Shown here: positions 7,586-15,827 of the stretch, piece by piece | Position numbering within the stretch: the stretch's first letter is position 1 | How the letters are laid out: every line of letters starts with the position of its first letter | Assembly: GCA_902798595.1 (NCBI GenBank) | Contig: CADBXE010000003.1 | Span: 10,792 to 74,791 of the forward strand | From: an uncultured Erysipelotrichaceae bacterium | Lineage (GTDB): Bacteria > Bacillota_I > Bacilli_A > RFN20 > CAG-826 | Direction: 5' to 3' | DNA: 64,000 nucleotides | Notes under the pieces: model-generated | What the model was told of the DNA's origin: nothing | What the model saw: only the letters and a program-made list of their open reading frames with translations | Databases searched by the model: none | Position numbers and translations under genes: made by a program

Positions 7586-10117
7586 ATGAACAAATTTTTC
7601 ACAAAAATCATTGGCGCATCGTTAGCTATCGCCATGATGATTGGTGTTGGCGCTGGAATGAACGCTAATAAAGCGGCAAAAGAAGTGAACGCCGCTGAAT
7701 CGTCAGTTAGTTGGACAGCGACTAGTGGCGGGTTGGGTAGTGGTATTGGTTCCGGGACAATTTCGACAGGATCTTATTCATGGTCATACACCAGAACTTT
7801 AAAAAGTGGTACCAGTTATTCTGGCTGGACAAGCAATTGCATTCAATTAGGCAAGAACGGCGGCGTTGAAAATCTTTCTCTTACTACATCCGCTATCCCT
7901 GGAATAATTAAATCGGTTTCAGTGGAATGCTCTTCATATCAAGGCAAACATAACGTATCAATTACTGTTGGTTCTTCCACATATTTGGCCTCGACGGCAA
8001 CATCAAGCTGGACTACTGTCAGCGCTAAAACAGGTACTGGCACTTCTTCAGGCGCTATTACTATTTCTTTTACAGGTGGTACAAGAGCCTTATACATTAA
8101 GAGTCTGAATGTTGTATACGATACAGCTGTTGCGCCAGAAACCTATTATACCGTCTCTTTTGAGACAAATGGTGCTACGCCAATTCCAGAAGAAATTGTC
8201 GCTGATGACAATAACACTCCGGTTGAAAAACCAACTGATCCAGAAAAAAGAGGCTATGTATTTGGCGGCTGGTATAAAGAAGGAATGACTGAAGAGTACA
8301 ACTTTGATAATCCAGTCGAAGGCAATATGACTTTGTATGCAAAATGGGAAAAAGTAGATGTGGCATCTACATATTCTCCATCTATGTCGAATGGTGATTA
8401 TCGTATTGCTGGTGAAGTAACAGCTATCACTGGTTCAAGTGAGTTTTTCGTTCAATCTGGTAATAATGCGATGCATGTAGGCGGTGACAACTATACTACT
8501 TCGCTTCAGAACGGAAATAGTGTTGATTTATTTGGCACATATGTTGCAAGCAGTACAACTATCGGCAATTTAGCCTATTGTGATAAAACCGCTGAAGACA
8601 CAGATATTGAACAAGCATATTTGTCAAACTTAAACGATGTAACAGAAGCCAATTTATGCAAGTATGTTAGAATCGAAAACATTCAACTCGCATCTGGTTT
8701 TGATGCGAATAGCAAAAAAGCTTCTATTAAAAATAGCGAATTAATTGTTTTCTATAACGCAAAAACAAAAGTGGATAATAATACCTTTGAGCCAAATGAT
8801 TATGCAGCAAACGATTATGTTTCTGTCCATGGCGTTGTTTACAAACACAAAGATACATCCGAACTTGGTTTATATATCACTCATATTGAAAAGCCAGCAC
8901 AATTTGTTGTTACTTTCGATTACAATGATGGCCGTGGTACATATACCACTCAAAATGTTTTAAGTGGTGGTAACGCTCAAGCTCCAGTCGCTCCAACAAA
9001 GCCATCTGATGTTAATTACAATTATTCATTTGCTGGTTGGTATACAGATGAAGCGTGTAATAATGCTTATAACTTTAGTACGGCTGTTGCTTCATCCTTC
9101 CCTCTATATGCAAAATGGGAAAGAGTGCAAAGAGATGCGAGCGAAGTTATTGAAGGCACTTTAAAAACCAATTCATCTTTATCTTATAGTGCTTACACTC
9201 AAACTGGTTTTGGCATAAAAGATACATTAGACCGTGAATTTACGGGTAAAACCGGCACTTCTTATGGCAGTGACTGGACAAAAAATATTTCTACATCCGG
9301 AGTTACGTATGTAGGTAATTCTGCTGGTGACAATGGTGCCATTCAGCTTAGATCATCTAGCAATTCAGGAATTGTTACAACAACTGCTGCTCTTGCGGGT
9401 AACGCCACAAAAGTTACTGTTGCTTGGGAAAGTCATACTGCTGATGGTCGAACATTAAATGTTTACGGCAAGAATACTGCTTATGAGGCACCTGCAGATT
9501 TATATGACGCCAGCAAACAAGGCGAACTACTTGGCACAATCGTTTGTGGCACTTCTACAACCCTTGAAATCACAGGCGATTATGCATATATCGGTTTTAG
9601 ATCTAATGGTAGTGCTATGTATTTGAGTTCTGTTGAAATTCAATGGGGCGAAGATTTAAATTACGATTACACTGACTTGAAAATTAGATTTGCTGCTAAA
9701 GTAAGTGAAGAATTATGGACAAGATTAAATAATGAATCCACAATCACTGGTTATGGTATGTTACTCTCCACAACCGATGCGATTAATAATGAACATATTG
9801 ACACCCATTATGCTTCAGCAAAAGATTATCGTTCTTCTCTAAACGTTAAAAGTGAAGTTGTTAATTTTCCAAATACAAAAGCCACTCCAAATTTATCCGA
9901 AGGTAATTATGGTTGGTCCTTACACAAGAGTATTCCTGAAGCCGACTATACTACAACATTTATTGCAGTGGCATATATTATTACAGAAGATGATGGCGTG
10001 CTCTTCATGGACGAAATCAGAGCTTCTGCTAAGAGTCTTGCCGGTGATTTAATTCAAAATGGAACATATGAAGAAGATGCCTTTGGCGGCTCACTTAAGT
10101 TCTTAGCGGATCGATAG
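7586..10117 (+). CDS. Membrane-anchored surface protein with Listeria-Bacteroides repeats and the shared C-terminal module (paralogue 1, no nuclease domain)
   Basis: 843-aa ORF with an N-terminal TM/signal anchor. Two Flg_new-type repeats (..GYVFGGWYKEGMTEEYNFDNPVEGNMTLYAKWE; ..YSFAGWYTDEACNNAYNFSTAVASSFPLYAKWE). The C-terminal ~330 aa (..WESHTADGRTLNVYGKNTAY..) are homologous to the C-termini of the 10642 and 13150 products. Confidence 0.8.
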   Translation: MNKFFTKIIGASLAIAMMIGVGAGMNANKAAKEVNAAESSVSWTATSGGLGSGIGSGTISTGSYSWSYTRTLKSGTSYSGWTSNCIQLGKNGGVENLSLTTSAIPGIIKSVSVECSSYQGKHNVSITVGSSTYLASTATSSWTTVSAKTGTGTSSGAITISFTGGTRALYIKSLNVVYDTAVAPETYYTVSFETNGATPIPEEIVADDNNTPVEKPTDPEKRGYVFGGWYKEGMTEEYNFDNPVEGNMTLYAKWEKVDVASTYSPSMSNGDYRIAGEVTAITGSSEFFVQSGNNAMHVGGDNYTTSLQNGNSVDLFGTYVASSTTIGNLAYCDKTAEDTDIEQAYLSNLNDVTEANLCKYVRIENIQLASGFDANSKKASIKNSELIVFYNAKTKVDNNTFEPNDYAANDYVSVHGVVYKHKDTSELGLYITHIEKPAQFVVTFDYNDGRGTYTTQNVLSGGNAQAPVAPTKPSDVNYNYSFAGWYTDEACNNAYNFSTAVASSFPLYAKWERVQRDASEVIEGTLKTNSSLSYSAYTQTGFGIKDTLDREFTGKTGTSYGSDWTKNISTSGVTYVGNSAGDNGAIQLRSSSNSGIVTTTAALAGNATKVTVAWESHTADGRTLNVYGKNTAYEAPADLYDASKQGELLGTIVCGTSTTLEITGDYAYIGFRSNGSAMYLSSVEIQWGEDLNYDYTDLKIRFAAKVSEELWTRLNNESTITGYGMLLSTTDAINNEHIDTHYASAKDYRSSLNVKSEVVNFPNTKATPNLSEGNYGWSLHKSIPEADYTTTFIAVAYIITEDDGVLFMDEIRASAKSLAGDLIQNGTYEEDAFGGSLKFLADR

Positions 10118-10131
10118 GAGGGAATTAGAAT

Positions 10132-10251
10132 ATGAAGAAAAAACAATTCGAAAAACCAGAAGCAGAATTAATCAAGTTTGAAGATACAGATATTATTGCT
10201 ACATCTGGTCCTAATGACGGAGAAGATCCTGATAAAGAATGGGATTTCTAA
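10132..10251 (+). CDS. Micro-ORF A, 39-aa acidic peptide (candidate RiPP-type precursor)
   Basis: Hand translation: MKKKQFEKPEAELIKFEDTDIIATSGPNDGEDPDKEWDF. AGGAGGG (10116-10122, overlapping the upstream stop) lies 9 nt before the ATG. A strong terminator follows. Paralogous to micro-ORF B. Below the 60-aa cutoff of the ORF track. Confidence 0.5.
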   Translation: MKKKQFEKPEAELIKFEDTDIIATSGPNDGEDPDKEWDF

Positions 10252-10281
10252 TTCCTGAATTATAATTTACCAATAACGATC

Positions 10282-10310
10282 AAAAGGCGGGTTTTCATCC
10301 GCCTTTTTGT
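10282..10310 (+). terminator. Rho-independent terminator after micro-ORF A
   Basis: AAAGGCGG-loop-CCGCCTTT followed by TTTTT. Confidence 0.8.
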
Positions 10311-10394
10311 TTTAACAACTATCTCACTTACTATTTTTTGATTGATTCATCAGCGTTAACAACATATCATTAATTCTTGGAAGTAAACTATAGT

Positions 10395-10535
10395 ATGAAA
10401 ACAAATTCAGAAAATAGAAAAACATTTATAAAACCAGAATTAGAAATCATCTTATTTGAAGGTGAATTAGCTACTGGTGATCTTATTATCAATTCAAGTT
10501 TTGGTAATCCAGACGGTGATGATGGGGATATCTAA
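10395..10535 (+). CDS. Micro-ORF B, 46-aa acidic peptide (paralogue of micro-ORF A)
   Basis: Hand translation: MKTNSENRKTFIKPELEIILFEGELATGDLIINSSFGNPDGDDGDI. Possible TTGATT-N17-TATCAT promoter (10342-10370) and a weak GGAAG RBS. Has its own terminator. Confidence 0.45.
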   Translation: MKTNSENRKTFIKPELEIILFEGELATGDLIINSSFGNPDGDDGDI

Positions 10536-10550
10536 TAATAGATAAATCCA

Positions 10551-10576
10551 GGTGGGGCAAGCGCTCCACCTTTTTA
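10551..10576 (+). terminator. Rho-independent terminator after micro-ORF B
   Basis: GGTGGGGC-AAGC-GCTCCACC stem followed by TTTTT. Confidence 0.8.
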
Positions 10577-10588
10577 TATGATGTGCAC

Positions 10589-10616
10589 TTGCAAAAATAT
10601 AAATATAAACTATATT
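10589..10616 (+). promoter_or_regulatory. Putative promoter for the 10642 nuclease gene
   Basis: TTGCAA-N16-TATATT, about 25 nt upstream of the ATG. Confidence 0.4.
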
Positions 10617-10641
10617 ATTAATTGTTCCCACTTAGTGATAT

Positions 10642-13071
10642 ATGAAAATGAATACAAGAAAACAATTAATTAAAATAGGCGCTTTAGCAGCGGCTTTCTC
10701 TTTAACTGCTGGTGTATTTATCAATTTAGGTAGAAAAGCCTTTGAGGTCAACGCATACAGCATTGGTAATTTAGCAAAGGAAATTGATCTAAATGATTGC
10801 ACAGAACAAGAGATAAGAGATTATTATTCTAACCTTAATTCTTTAGATACATCAGAAAGACAAGGTACAAACCTTCTCATACAACTAAAAGATATCTTAT
10901 CAACTAACCAAGTGTATTTTAGTTATGACAGTGGCGATAAGATTTGGCAAATGTATGAAATAACTGACCGTGATTGGGAGAAGTCTCCTGCTAGTTCGAC
11001 TGTTTATGGTACATATGACCCTGTTACCAATACTATTTCTAATTACCAATATGGTGAAAGTAAAAGCAACAGTAAGAACAACCCATATATCCACGCTTTA
11101 TATATCAATAGGGACATTGACAATCAAACAACTGCGTGGGATGACCACAATCAAGATGCTTGGGGCATAAACCAAGAACATATTTGGGCCAAGTCACATG
11201 GCTTTGATACCAAAGGTAGCGATTCCAGCGGTGGCGCTAGAGGTGACCCAATGCACTTATGGGCAGGAAACGGCTGGGCCAACAATGTTCATAGCAACAA
11301 TTTCTTTGGCTTTGTTGACATAGATAGGGAATACACCGATTCAGGTACTAAATACCAAACCGCTTATGGTAATTTGTCTGGTTTTTCAAGAACTGTAGGT
11401 GGCAACGAAACCGTTTTTGAACCACAAGATTGTGATAAAGGCGATATTGCTAGAGCCATATTCTATATGGTTGCTAGATATAATAACTATGAAAACAAAA
11501 CCGAAGGTATTGATGGCAATAATCCAAACCTTATTTTGTTAAATGATTTATCAGAAAACACTAGAACTGGTACATCCGCTTTTGATGACCCATATGGTAT
11601 GGGCTTATTAAGCGATTTATTAGCCTGGAATAAGCTTGATCCAGTTGATGAATACGAAGTACATAGAAACAATCTTCTTTATAAAAACTACACAAAGAAT
11701 AGAAACCCATTCATAGATTTCCCTAATTGGGCTGACGCTATTTGGGGAACAGCGGATATAGATGGTACAAACTATAGTTCTACTGTAGTTGGCTACGCAT
11801 CTCCAACCACCGATCCAATTGGTTCTGTTACTGGTCCTTTAGATATCTCTAACGAAACAATGGAAATCATTGTTGGTGATACAGCGGAAATTTCCGCTAA
11901 AAATGCTTTAGATGTCATTACTTGGACAGTAGAAAACGACTCAATCGTGAGTTTAAATAAAACAACTTCCATTAACAAAGAAAAGCTTACTATTACCGCT
12001 TTAAGCACTGGTACAACAACTATTACCGCCACTTGCAATGGCGTTGATGTTTCTTGCACAGTGACTGTTAGAGAACCAACAGCAAAAGAAGCGATTGAAA
12101 GAACAGATACCGTTACCTCTTTAGCGTATCGCTATACAAGAGAAGAAGGTAAAGCCCAAACTACAGATACTTTAGATAAGACCTTTACTGAAGTAAGTGG
12201 TTCTTCATATGCCGAATGGACAAATAGTGGTGCATCTGATGTTACTTACAAAGGGACAACTGCTGGAAGCAACAACTCAATTACGCTTAAATCAACTGAT
12301 CACTCTGGCATTGTTACTACTGCTAACCTTAATGGTGCGAATGCACTCAACGTTACAGTGACATGGGAATCACACACCGCCGATGGCCGTACAATTGATA
12401 TTTATGGTAAAAACACCGCTTATACTGAGCCAGGAGATTTATACGCTAATGCTACAAGAGGTACAAAACTTGGATCTATTGTTTATGGCGAAAGCACAAG
12501 TCTAGCTATTACTAGCGACTATAAATACATTGGTATCAGAGCCAACAGCAATACATTGTATGCTTCTTCTATCGAAATAGGATGGAGTGCTACTCCTCCA
12601 AAATTCTCCTATTCTGATGCGTCTATTAGATTTACTGGCTTACTTAGCCAACAACTATGGAATGATTTAGATACTGAAAACTATGTTATTGAAGGCTTTG
12701 GTGTCATGATTGCCACTGATGATGTGATTAATGAAACCGCTAATATTAAAGATTCCTATGAATCCGCTATTTTATCTACGTTAAATCCTGATGTCACTGA
12801 AAATATAGTGGATTACTTTGTTTCAAAAGATACTAAGGCCACACCAACCATAAAAGGTGATGACTATTACTGGAATCTAAAATACAACATTGCCGAAGAA
12901 AACTATGCAACAACGTATGTTGCTGTAGCATATATTAAGACATCAACAAGCTATGTCTTCTTTAAACAAACAAGATATAGCGTTAAGTCATTAGCGGAAG
13001 ATTACATTGCTAATAGGGGCTATGATTCAGCAACCGCTAATGGTTCATTAGCAAACTTAGCAAATATCTAA
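10642..13071 (+). CDS. Membrane-anchored extracellular endonuclease-I family protein (paralogue 2)
   Basis: 809-aa ORF with an N-terminal TM anchor. Endonuclease-I motifs NQEHIWAKSHG, DPMHLWAGN, FEPQDCDKGDIARAIFYM and NRNPFIDFPNWA. A Big_2-like Ig domain precedes the shared C-terminal module (..WESHTADGRTIDIYGKNTAY..ANGSLANLANI). Confidence 0.85.
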   Translation: MKMNTRKQLIKIGALAAAFSLTAGVFINLGRKAFEVNAYSIGNLAKEIDLNDCTEQEIRDYYSNLNSLDTSERQGTNLLIQLKDILSTNQVYFSYDSGDKIWQMYEITDRDWEKSPASSTVYGTYDPVTNTISNYQYGESKSNSKNNPYIHALYINRDIDNQTTAWDDHNQDAWGINQEHIWAKSHGFDTKGSDSSGGARGDPMHLWAGNGWANNVHSNNFFGFVDIDREYTDSGTKYQTAYGNLSGFSRTVGGNETVFEPQDCDKGDIARAIFYMVARYNNYENKTEGIDGNNPNLILLNDLSENTRTGTSAFDDPYGMGLLSDLLAWNKLDPVDEYEVHRNNLLYKNYTKNRNPFIDFPNWADAIWGTADIDGTNYSSTVVGYASPTTDPIGSVTGPLDISNETMEIIVGDTAEISAKNALDVITWTVENDSIVSLNKTTSINKEKLTITALSTGTTTITATCNGVDVSCTVTVREPTAKEAIERTDTVTSLAYRYTREEGKAQTTDTLDKTFTEVSGSSYAEWTNSGASDVTYKGTTAGSNNSITLKSTDHSGIVTTANLNGANALNVTVTWESHTADGRTIDIYGKNTAYTEPGDLYANATRGTKLGSIVYGESTSLAITSDYKYIGIRANSNTLYASSIEIGWSATPPKFSYSDASIRFTGLLSQQLWNDLDTENYVIEGFGVMIATDDVINETANIKDSYESAILSTLNPDVTENIVDYFVSKDTKATPTIKGDDYYWNLKYNIAEENYATTYVAVAYIKTSTSYVFFKQTRYSVKSLAEDYIANRGYDSATANGSLANLANI

Positions 13072-13149
13072 AACATAGTTTTGTTTACATTTTTAATATT
13101 GATTATTATGAGTAAACCTCATATCATTTAATGCTAAGGTAAAAAACCT

Positions 13150-15708
13150 ATGAGAATAAAAAAACATATCCCAACAATAATTGCTTTAACCGCTGTTTTA
13201 ACTTTAGGCGCCAGTTTATACGTTAATTTTAAAAAAGCTCCTGTTGAAGCTGATGCCACTCAAGTAAATGAGAATTTTGCCCCATATACTTATAGTGGTA
13301 CTTATTACAGCGATCACAATATTGATTTTAATGCTGGCGATGGCATGAATGGTGCACTTAGAACAAAACTAAGAACCGAACTTAAACCAAAAGGTTTTGT
13401 AGAGTATAGCAGTGGATTATCAGACGAACTACAAGAAGCTGACGAAGATCCAAATAATACAGATAACATGGTGATGTTCTACACCCGTAACTCAATCACA
13501 AAAACTCCCGCTAGCAATGGTGGCATGGTTTGGAATAGAGAACACGTCTGGCCAAAGAATAAATCAAATGACAACTGGGGTACAACCAAAGGTGGTACAG
13601 ACATTCTTCACCTTAGACCAACATATGAGACACCAAACTCAACAAGAAGCAATCACCCATATGGTTATGCTCATAATGGCACAAAAAAGTCACACCTTAA
13701 CATGGATTATGGCTGGTTAGATGGCGATATCTTTGAACCTTTGGATTGCGTTAAAGGTGATGCCGCAAGAATCATTATGTATGTTTGGACAGTCTATGAT
13801 GGTTATTCGGGATATAATCCTTTATCAATCACTAGTGTTTTTGAAAGTTTTGACACTCTTCTTGAATGGCACACAATGGACAAGCCAGATGCCTTAGAAG
13901 GCCATAGAAATGATTATGTGCAAAACAGCACAGTACAAAAGAATAGAAATCCATTTGTTGATCATCCTGAATTAGCATGGAAGATTTTTGGTGATGCAAA
14001 TGGATTAAGCGCATCTGTTAAGAACGCCTGTATGGCAGCTTATCCAGATGGCAGTAATCCAATAGATCCAACCGGTATTACATTAAACAAAACAACTGCT
14101 TCTGTGGAAGTAGGAAAAACAACACAATTAACCGCTACATTGGAGCCATATGGTGCCTCAGGCAACATCACTTGGTCATCAAGCAATACTACTGTTGCCA
14201 CTGTTAATAACAATGGCTTAGTTACTGGTAAAGCAGTAGGTGAGTCCACAATTACTGCAACATGTGGTACCTTTAGTGCTTCTTGTGTAGTTACAGTCGC
14301 AGAAACTGTAAATATCTATGGCACATTAGAAAACCCATTAACAGTGTCTGAGGCTAGACAATTGATTGACGATGTTAACGGTGGCTACACAGCTGAAAAA
14401 ATGTACGTAAAAGGTACAGTGTCTTCTGGCTCGTACAATTCACAATATAGCAACTTTAATGATCTTTGGTTGCAAAGCGAAGATGGTGAAACCGCTAATT
14501 ATTTTGATTTATATCATGCTGAGTTAGATGACTCTGTTCCTGCTAAATACACTAATCCAACTGAATTAGAAGGCAAAGAAGTTATAGCCTATGGCTACGG
14601 CAAGAAATATAACTCTACTTATGAACTTGCTCCTCAAAACAATAACGTTAATAAGCCAGTTATTCTTTCGGTAAAAGATCCTAATCCAATTGAAAAGACC
14701 GCAAAAGAATTAATCGAAGAAGAAACTACTTCTGCAACATTAGCGTATCGGTACACTAAAGAAGGGAATGGTAGTAGTTCAGTTACTGATGCATTAACAA
14801 GAGATGTTACTGGAGTTGAGAGCGGTTCCACATCATATATAGATTGGACACATACTAATTCAACAAGCGCTATTACATACAAAGGACAAAGTGCTGGTAA
14901 CTACGATTCTATTCAAATCAGAAGTGATAAAAGTAATTCTGGTGTCGTTGTTTCTGCTAATACGAACTCTTCAAAAGTAAGTTCTGTTACAGTTGCCTGG
15001 AACACTAATACTTCCAATGGCCGCACATTGAACGTATACGGAAAGAATACCGCATATACTTCACCAACTGATTTATATGGTAATAATCAAGGTACTTTGC
15101 TTGGTACTATCGTTAAAGGTACTAGCACAAGTCTAGCCATTACTGGTGATTATCAATATATTGGACTCAGATCAAATTCTGGTGCAATGTATCTGGAAGA
15201 AATCGATATTCAATGGGGTGGTGCTAGCGCCGCTGTATTTGAATACTCTGATGTTTCGATTAGATTCACTGGCTCACTTAGCCAAGACTTATGGAATGAT
15301 TTAGATACCGAAAACCATGTTATTGAAGGTTTTGGTGTCATGATTACAGCAGTGTCTTCTTACGTAAATGGCACTAGTAAAATTAAAGAACAATATCAAT
15401 CAGCGGTTATTTCAACCGATAATCCAGATGTCACTGAAGACATAGTGAATTACTTTGTGCCTAAAGAAACTAAGGCAACACCTACCGCAAAGGGTAATGA
15501 TTATTATTGGAACTTGAAATACAACATCTCTGAAACTGACTTTAAGACAATCTATGTTGCCGCAGCGTATATTAAAACCGCCACTGAATATGTCTTCTTC
15601 AATCAAGCAAGATATTCTGTAAAAACACTAGCAGCGGATTATATCAATGAAAGAGACTATAATCCAACAACCGCTAATGGTTCATTAGCAAACTTAGCAA
15701 ATCTATAA
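13150..15708 (+). CDS. Membrane-anchored extracellular endonuclease-I family protein (paralogue 3)
   Basis: 852-aa ORF with a TM anchor. Motifs NREHVWPKN, DILHLRPT, FEPLDCVKGDAARIIMYV and NRNPFVDHPELA. Contains a Big_2-like domain (ITLNKTTASVEVGKTTQLTA..) and the shared C-terminal module ending ANGSLANLANL. Confidence 0.85.
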   Translation: MRIKKHIPTIIALTAVLTLGASLYVNFKKAPVEADATQVNENFAPYTYSGTYYSDHNIDFNAGDGMNGALRTKLRTELKPKGFVEYSSGLSDELQEADEDPNNTDNMVMFYTRNSITKTPASNGGMVWNREHVWPKNKSNDNWGTTKGGTDILHLRPTYETPNSTRSNHPYGYAHNGTKKSHLNMDYGWLDGDIFEPLDCVKGDAARIIMYVWTVYDGYSGYNPLSITSVFESFDTLLEWHTMDKPDALEGHRNDYVQNSTVQKNRNPFVDHPELAWKIFGDANGLSASVKNACMAAYPDGSNPIDPTGITLNKTTASVEVGKTTQLTATLEPYGASGNITWSSSNTTVATVNNNGLVTGKAVGESTITATCGTFSASCVVTVAETVNIYGTLENPLTVSEARQLIDDVNGGYTAEKMYVKGTVSSGSYNSQYSNFNDLWLQSEDGETANYFDLYHAELDDSVPAKYTNPTELEGKEVIAYGYGKKYNSTYELAPQNNNVNKPVILSVKDPNPIEKTAKELIEEETTSATLAYRYTKEGNGSSSVTDALTRDVTGVESGSTSYIDWTHTNSTSAITYKGQSAGNYDSIQIRSDKSNSGVVVSANTNSSKVSSVTVAWNTNTSNGRTLNVYGKNTAYTSPTDLYGNNQGTLLGTIVKGTSTSLAITGDYQYIGLRSNSGAMYLEEIDIQWGGASAAVFEYSDVSIRFTGSLSQDLWNDLDTENHVIEGFGVMITAVSSYVNGTSKIKEQYQSAVISTDNPDVTEDIVNYFVPKETKATPTAKGNDYYWNLKYNISETDFKTIYVAAAYIKTATEYVFFNQARYSVKTLAADYINERDYNPTTANGSLANLANL

Positions 15709-15747
15709 CAAATATTGCCTTTTTTATAATAATTTAGGAAAAATTTT

Positions 15748-15786
15748 AAAAACTCCGCCTATTAGTTAATAGAAGGAGTTTTTTTG
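15748..15786 (+). terminator. Rho-independent terminator
   Basis: AAAAACTCC...GGAGTTTTT stem followed by a T-run. Confidence 0.75.
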
Positions 15787-15827
15787 CTTAAACACAATAT
15801 TGAACATTATTAAGCAACGATTATGTT

